DNA of 41,078 nucleotides from an uncultured Thiotrichales bacterium (GTDB lineage: Bacteria > Pseudomonadota > Gammaproteobacteria > CAZUMV01). The notes under the pieces are model-generated. The model was given only the letters and a program-made list of their open reading frames with translations, made no database searches and was not told the DNA's origin. The translations under genes were made by a program, and so were the position numbers. This document shows, piece after piece, positions 36,032 to 41,078 of the stretch. Location: the NCBI GenBank assembly GCA_964621435.1, contig CAZUMV010000003.1, positions 1-41,078 on the forward strand, given 5' to 3'. The first letter of the stretch is position 1, and the number at the start of each line of letters is the position of its first letter.

Positions 36032-38808
36032 CTATTAAGTTAAATCTCAAACAAATCTTTGTGCCGGTGTTACCGTTGGTTTTAATGGGGTGTGCGTTCG
36101 AAAAAGGTGACCGGGCGGCAACTTTAAGCGACTTGTATGACCGACCGATTCCGATAATCGATGAGCAGCCAATGGCGAAAAGCCTGGAGTTGGCGGAGCA
36201 GTCTTATCGTCAGATGCTTGATCTGGATTCGAGTTCGGAGATGCGGCCCGAAGCATTGCGGCGTTTGGCTGATATTGTCTCCGACGTTGATAACATCATA
36301 AATGACAACGACGAAGTTGATCAAGAAGCACTCACAGCGGCGACCGAGCTGTATCAAGAGGCGCTGGATGATTATCCAAAGTACCGTTCTCGTGATCATA
36401 TTCTCTATCAACTTGCACGAATCCAGGACCAGAATGGCAAGCCCGACGAGTCGTATTTGCTGTTGGATGAATTAATAAGTAAACATCCCGACTCGGAATT
36501 TTTTCAAGAAGCGCAGTTTCGTCGTGCCGAATATTTGTTTATTGAAAAAGAATATGAGCAAGCGCAAACCGCCTATGCAGCGGTAATCGCCACAGACGCG
36601 GATGAGAAATTTATTGAGCCAGCCATATACAAAAAGGGTTGGTCATTGTTTAAGCAAAATGAATACGAGCTGGCAGTAAACGAGTTTACTACCCTGTTGG
36701 ATGAACGTGTTGTTGAAGGCGCACGGGATCTTGAAAAACTGTCGCGGGCTGAACGGGAACGTATTGATGATTCTCTGCGCGGAATTAGTTTGAGTTTTGT
36801 CTATCAGGAAGGTGTTGATTCGGCGTTGGCGTATTTCGACAAACGTGGTGCCCGTAAATACGAAGATCTTGTTTATACCCATCTGGCTGAATATTACATC
36901 GACAAAGAGCGTTTTACCGATGGTGCGGATACCTTTGCTGGATTCTTGTACCGCAATCCTTGGCATGAGAATGCTGCCGATTTTCAAGCGCGACGCATTG
37001 CGACTTTGAAAAAAGGCGATTTTCCCAGCCTTGAGTTAGAGGCGCGGAAAGAATTTGTTGCCTTGTTTGATGTCGACTCAGAGTATTGGGAATACTATCC
37101 GGTCGCGGACAATCAGCATATTGTCGACGAAGTAAAGATCCACGTGGTCGATTTGGCCAACCATTATCAGTCCTTGGCGCAGGTCGATAATAAAACTGAA
37201 AATTATCAGGAAGCCGAAGTTTGGTATAAGCGCTTTCTAACGTCATTTCCGAAAGATGAAAAGGCGCCGGAGATCAATTATTTATTGGCCGAGTCCTACT
37301 ATCAAAACGGGCGCTTCCGTGATTCTGCGAAAGCCTATGAAGCAGTGGCTTATGACTATGATGCCCATCCAAAATCTGCCGAAGCCGGTTATGCAGCGTT
37401 ACTTGCCTATCAGCAGGTCATTGATGCTAACGCGGGTGACGATGCGGCTGCCAGCGGTAAAGAATTCACCGCAAGTGCAGTGCAGTTCGAAAAAGCATTT
37501 CCCAAGCACCCAAAGGCCAATCAGGTTTTGGTGAGCGTCGCACAAAACCAGTTTGATCAACGTAATTATGATGAAGCGATGGCGCTGGCTGAACGGTTAA
37601 TCGAAAAACAACCACCAACCGGCGAAGCCGAAAGGGGTGTCGCCTGGACCATTCTAGCCAACTCCAATTTTGAGCAAGATGCATTTGTGGCGGCGGAAAA
37701 GGCCTATGTCGAAGCGTTAGCCTTGGTACCGGCTGGTGATGTATTGCGCAACGACTTAACCGAAAACCTCTCAATTGCGGTTTATCGACAAGCAGAGCAA
37801 GCCAAAGAAAAAGGTGATACGGCAGGTGCTATTGCAGCATTCTTGCGGGTCAATGAAGTTGCCCCGGGTACCGAGGTAGCGGTAACCGCGCAATATGATG
37901 CCGCTGCATTATATATCGCTGATGCCAAATGGCAGCCGGCAATTCCGATTTTAGAGCGGTTCCGAGCGTCCTATCCGAGCCATGAGCTGCAAAAGGAAGT
38001 CGATAAAAATTTGGCCACTGCCTACTTGAAAACGAATCAACCAACCAAGGCGGCGGCAGAGTTCCAGCGTCTGGCGGTGTCAGGCGAGTCCGCGGAAATC
38101 CGTCGAGAAGCGATTTTGCAGGCATCTGATTTATATGCTGATGGAGGTGATCAAAATCGTTCCATCGCGATGCTGGAACAATTCGTTCAGGATTTTCCGT
38201 CGCCAGCGGAGCCGGCCATGGAAGCGGCGGCAAAGTTAGCGACACATTATGAACGGTTGTTTGGTGTGGAAGGTGCCTATACCTGGCACGAAAAAGTTGT
38301 GGCGCTTAATCCTGGAAGTGGTGGTAATGATCGAACGCGCTTCTTGGCGGCGAAATCCAGCCTTTCGCTCGTAAAACCATCGGTTGAGGCTTATCAACGG
38401 GTACAGCTTGTGACACCATTGAAAGAGACCTTGCGCGAGAAAAAGCAATTAATGGAAGCGGCATTAGATAAATATGCAGAGTTATCGGCCTACGGAATTG
38501 CCGAGATTTCAACCGAGGCCGCCTATCAAACCGGTTTTATCTATGATGATTTCGCCGAAGCCATTATGGATTCGGAGCGCCCGGCCGAGCTTGATGCGGA
38601 CGCCTTGGAAGAATATGAAATCTTGCTTGAAGAGCAGGCGGATCCATTTCTTGAAAAAGCCATCGATGCGCATGAGGTCAATGTTGGTCGCATTAATCAG
38701 GATGTCTACGATGAATGGGTTAAGCGCAGCTTGGTTGATCTGCAAGCGCTGCTGCCGGCCCGTTACAATAAACAGGAGCGCATCAATGCTGTTACGCGTA
38801 TTCATTAG
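36028..38808 (+). CDS. Large TPR-repeat lipoprotein (926 aa), YbgF/BamD-like repeats
   Basis: The lipobox is 'VLMGC'. There are many TPR units, for example 'ILYQLARIQDQNGKPDESYLLLDELISKHPDSEF' and 'INYLLAESYYQNGRFRDSAKAYEAV'. The start overlaps the upstream stop. Confidence 0.7.
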   Translation: MTIKLNLKQIFVPVLPLVLMGCAFEKGDRAATLSDLYDRPIPIIDEQPMAKSLELAEQSYRQMLDLDSSSEMRPEALRRLADIVSDVDNIINDNDEVDQEALTAATELYQEALDDYPKYRSRDHILYQLARIQDQNGKPDESYLLLDELISKHPDSEFFQEAQFRRAEYLFIEKEYEQAQTAYAAVIATDADEKFIEPAIYKKGWSLFKQNEYELAVNEFTTLLDERVVEGARDLEKLSRAERERIDDSLRGISLSFVYQEGVDSALAYFDKRGARKYEDLVYTHLAEYYIDKERFTDGADTFAGFLYRNPWHENAADFQARRIATLKKGDFPSLELEARKEFVALFDVDSEYWEYYPVADNQHIVDEVKIHVVDLANHYQSLAQVDNKTENYQEAEVWYKRFLTSFPKDEKAPEINYLLAESYYQNGRFRDSAKAYEAVAYDYDAHPKSAEAGYAALLAYQQVIDANAGDDAAASGKEFTASAVQFEKAFPKHPKANQVLVSVAQNQFDQRNYDEAMALAERLIEKQPPTGEAERGVAWTILANSNFEQDAFVAAEKAYVEALALVPAGDVLRNDLTENLSIAVYRQAEQAKEKGDTAGAIAAFLRVNEVAPGTEVAVTAQYDAAALYIADAKWQPAIPILERFRASYPSHELQKEVDKNLATAYLKTNQPTKAAAEFQRLAVSGESAEIRREAILQASDLYADGGDQNRSIAMLEQFVQDFPSPAEPAMEAAAKLATHYERLFGVEGAYTWHEKVVALNPGSGGNDRTRFLAAKSSLSLVKPSVEAYQRVQLVTPLKETLREKKQLMEAALDKYAELSAYGIAEISTEAAYQTGFIYDDFAEAIMDSERPAELDADALEEYEILLEEQADPFLEKAIDAHEVNVGRINQDVYDEWVKRSLVDLQALLPARYNKQERINAVTRIH

Positions 38809-39421
38809 AGCGCTGGCTGTTTTGTTGCTGATCTTGCTGAGCGCATGTGCGGGCGGGCCGGGCTCCGGTGGTTCAAGTGGTAAAGAAAGCTCGGTAAAGA
38901 TACCTACAGGGCAAAAATCTGCAATGGTTGATGAGGCCGAGTTATCGGCTGCTGACCAAATTGCATTGCAACGTGCAGTGGCAGCCCTTAATGCGGCTGA
39001 TTTTTCCGGTGCTATCGCTGAATTTAAAGGCTTGTCATTACGAAACCCGAAACTCGCTATGCCTTATATCAATCTTGCCATCGCCTATCGTGGCCAAAAC
39101 GATACCGATGCGGCCATGCGGTCGGTAATACAGGCATTGAATTTGTCGCCGAATAGTCCCGAAGCACACAATTTACAAGGCGTACTGTGGCGAGATACTG
39201 GCGAATTTACTAAAGCTAGAGATAGTTATGCCAAGGCCCTCGGTGCAAATGGAGACTGGCCTGATGCGCAGCTAAATCTTGGCATTTTATGTGACTTGTA
39301 TTTACAAGATCTGGCTTGTGCAAAAAAGCATTATGAAGCCTATCTGGATTTATCGGATGAGGAAGATCGCAAAGTGAAAGGTTGGCTGATCGAACTGGAG
39401 CGCAGGATGAAGAAAAAATGA
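38786..39421 (+). CDS. Small TPR lipoprotein (211 aa)
   Basis: ATG 38786 has GGAG 8 nt upstream, and the lipobox is 'LLSAC'. TPR units include 'YINLAIAYRGQNDTDAAMRSVIQALNLSPNSPEAHNLQGVLWRDTGEF'. Confidence 0.7.
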   Translation: MLLRVFIRALAVLLLILLSACAGGPGSGGSSGKESSVKIPTGQKSAMVDEAELSAADQIALQRAVAALNAADFSGAIAEFKGLSLRNPKLAMPYINLAIAYRGQNDTDAAMRSVIQALNLSPNSPEAHNLQGVLWRDTGEFTKARDSYAKALGANGDWPDAQLNLGILCDLYLQDLACAKKHYEAYLDLSDEEDRKVKGWLIELERRMKKK

Positions 39422-39792
39422 TTTTGAGAACTAAGTTACAGACTTTATTGATTATGGTCTTTTTTCTTTTGCTTGGGTCACCGATAATAGGCGGCGCAGC
39501 GGAATCGCCCGCTATTGACGAACCGGGTTCAGAAGAGCCGGCGCAAACCGAGTACTTTGAAGAAGATACTGTGCTCAATATGGATGGCATGGCGGTGACC
39601 GGAAATCAAGAGTTACCCAAATCTCTCATGATCGTGCCGTGGCAAGAGCCCGGTTCTGGTGATTTTTTCGCCAGTGATTTCGAGAGTTTGATAGATGTTG
39701 ACCCAGAAGCTGTTGATCGGCGTGAATTTAAGCGCGAACTTGATTATTACCGGGTACGTGCCGGACAGAAACTTGATGCGAACAGTGAATAA
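39418..39792 (+). CDS. Small secreted acidic protein (124 aa); unknown function
   Basis: The ATG overlaps the upstream stop (ATGA), and a signal peptide 'LLIMVFFLLLGSPIIGGAA' is present. I recognised no domain. Confidence 0.5.
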   Translation: MILRTKLQTLLIMVFFLLLGSPIIGGAAESPAIDEPGSEEPAQTEYFEEDTVLNMDGMAVTGNQELPKSLMIVPWQEPGSGDFFASDFESLIDVDPEAVDRREFKRELDYYRVRAGQKLDANSE

Positions 39793-39830
39793 CACCCGCA
39801 ACGCAGAAAAAAAAGTGGAGAAGAAAGGAT

Positions 39831-40472
39831 ATGTTTGAAACGATAGCTGGTTTTTTTAAAGATGGTGGTACTTTTATGATACCGATCGCCGTCGTATTGG
39901 CACTCGGGTTGGCAATAGCGGGTGAGCGTTGGGTTTATTTAACACGTGCCCGGGTGAGTAATTTGATGCGTTGGAAGAAGCTGCAGCCATTACTTGAAAA
40001 AGGTGAGCTCAGGTCAGCACTAAATACTTCGAACGGATCAAATACGGCCATTGACAAGATTTTGACCTACGGCCTTATGCGCGCGTCTACTTCCAAGAAT
40101 AGTGCCGAAGTCGAAATGGCCATGGAAGAAGGCCTGATGGAAGTCATGCCGCGACTCGAAAAGCGCACGCATTATCTTGCAACATTGGCCAACATTGCCA
40201 CCTTGCTGGGTTTGCTAGGGACCATTATGGGACTTATTAGAGCGTTTACTGCGGTAGGCGAGGCAAATCCTGCGGATAAAGCGGATTTATTGTCAGCAAG
40301 TATCTCGGTGGCCATGAATACCACAGCGTTTGGTTTGATGGCTGGTATTCCTTTGCTGTTATTGCACGCTTATCTAACGACCAAGACCACGACCGTAATA
40401 GATAGTCTTGAAATGGCGACCGTAAGAATCATGAATTTGATTACTGGTCACTCTGTCAAAAAAGCGCAGTAA
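39831..40472 (+). CDS. MotA/TolQ/ExbB-family proton channel protein
   Basis: The product has three TM segments, and 'LATLANIATLLGLLGTIMGLIRAF' and 'AMNTTAFGLMAGIPLLLLHAYL' match the ExbB/TolQ core. Confidence 0.9.
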   Translation: MFETIAGFFKDGGTFMIPIAVVLALGLAIAGERWVYLTRARVSNLMRWKKLQPLLEKGELRSALNTSNGSNTAIDKILTYGLMRASTSKNSAEVEMAMEEGLMEVMPRLEKRTHYLATLANIATLLGLLGTIMGLIRAFTAVGEANPADKADLLSASISVAMNTTAFGLMAGIPLLLLHAYLTTKTTTVIDSLEMATVRIMNLITGHSVKKAQ

Positions 40473-40478
40473 GTTACT

Positions 40479-41030
40479 ATGCTTCGTAAACGCAGGCACT
40501 CCCGCTATAAGCAGGATGCAGAACTCAATATAACTGCCTTCATGAACTTAATGGTGGTGCTGGTGCCGTTTCTGTTGCTGATGGCAGTGTTTACGCGCTT
40601 GACAGTTATTGAGTTGGCGCTGCCGGGCCCACCGTCCGAGTTGGAAGAACTGCCTGAAGAGCCACCAATTGAACTTGAGCTAGTGCTGCGCGAAAATCGT
40701 ATAGATATTCAAGATCGTGGTTCGGCATTAATCGGCGAATATGCAGCAATCGGTGGTAAGGATGACTTCAAATCTGTGACTGCCAAGTTGCGCCAGATAA
40801 AAGCCCAGTTTCCGGAAGTTAAAACCGCTTCGATACTCGCCGAAGACGATGTGCCATATGACCGCATCGTGCAAGTCATGGAGATCATGCGAAATTACAA
40901 TACGACAATTGATGGCGAATTAGTGCAACAGGAAATGTTTCCGGACATCGCGCTCGGAAAGGCTAACGTTGAAAACTTGCCTGAAGGTGCGCGTGACGTG
41001 GTGCAGCCATACGATCAGGTGAGTCAATGA
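40479..41030 (+). CDS. ExbD/TolR-family protein with Asn replacing the conserved TM Asp
   Basis: 'ELNITAFMNLMVVLVPFLLL' aligns with E. coli ExbD 'DINVTPFIDVMLVLLIIF'. The periplasmic domain contains 'ILAEDDVPYDRIVQVMEIM'. Confidence 0.85.
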   Translation: MLRKRRHSRYKQDAELNITAFMNLMVVLVPFLLLMAVFTRLTVIELALPGPPSELEELPEEPPIELELVLRENRIDIQDRGSALIGEYAAIGGKDDFKSVTAKLRQIKAQFPEVKTASILAEDDVPYDRIVQVMEIMRNYNTTIDGELVQQEMFPDIALGKANVENLPEGARDVVQPYDQVSQ

Positions 41031-41078
41031 GGCAATCACGTCGGGCGCGCCGAATGAGCATGCATCATGCGCGGAGCA
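41027..41078 (+). CDS. Start of a second probable ExbD/TolR-family gene (3' end outside the window)
   Basis: The ATG overlaps the upstream stop (ATGA). The Arg-rich N-terminus 'MRQSRRARRMSMHHARS' is typical of ExbD/TolR cytoplasmic tails. Only 17 codons are visible. Confidence 0.4.
   Translation, partial: MRQSRRARRMSMHHARS

Noticed and set aside
38474-38785. The upstream 104 codons of track ORF 38474-39421
   Set aside because: This stretch lies entirely inside the 926-aa TPR gene in another frame and translates to Arg/Met/Ser-rich nonsense. The internal ATG 38786 has a GGAG RBS and yields a clean lipoprotein signal peptide.
1-41078. A search by eye for tRNA/rRNA genes, CRISPR repeats, IS inverted repeats with transposases, integrases, and phage or defence-system genes
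   Set aside because: None were recognised. The intergenic regions are short apart from 2168-2578 (sRNA candidates) and 25271-25684 (divergent promoter region). The only 'GGTTCGAA'-like hit (about 17505) lies inside the Smr gene, with no tRNA cloverleaf context.

Overview
This is a densely coding gammaproteobacterial chromosomal window, probably from a marine polysaccharide-degrading heterotroph. All family calls come from reading the ORF translations by eye; no HMM or BLAST search was run.

The first ~25 kb is mostly housekeeping in recognisable synteny:
- htpG (3' part), a class III cyclase-FHA fusion, and recJ
- a secreted GH5-like enzyme carrying three Cys-bracketed dockerin-like modules
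- prfB (with the textbook +1 frameshift site) followed by lysS, then a CspA-family gene
- gspB/gspA (exeBA-like), ygfZ, truD, an FKBP lipoprotein with a duplicated N-domain, and an Smr protein
- surE-pcm-yqaA-nlpD with no rpoS after nlpD, then a DUF498/Mth938-like gene, an aminotransferase-hom pair, and gltA

The main finding is one uninterrupted, co-directional array of 16 ORFs from 25.7 kb to the window end. No gap exceeds about 51 nt, several starts overlap the preceding stop, and nearly all products carry a signal peptide or lipobox. In order it encodes:
- an ApbE flavin transferase
- a ~930-aa beta-propeller lipoprotein with three CXXCH motifs, plus a small paralogous lipoprotein
- two OM beta-barrels, one fused to SH3b
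- a TlpA-like thioredoxin
- a DUF4266-like lipoprotein ending in GGGCGCN
- a DUF3570-like barrel bearing an ApbE-type flavinylation motif (DSISGAS)
- coiled-coil and TPR scaffold proteins
- ExbB-ExbD-ExbD, where the first ExbD has Asn in place of the essential transmembrane Asp

I interpret this as a candidate uncharacterised PMF-energised, Tol-Pal / Agl-Glt-like trans-envelope machine coupled to a periplasmic/outer-membrane redox module.

A second item is a pair of tandem minus-strand sRNA candidates at 2.23-2.45 kb. Each has an orphan intrinsic terminator, and they share a CU-rich anti-Shine-Dalgarno core.

I recognised no rRNA, tRNA, CRISPR array, IS element or phage gene.
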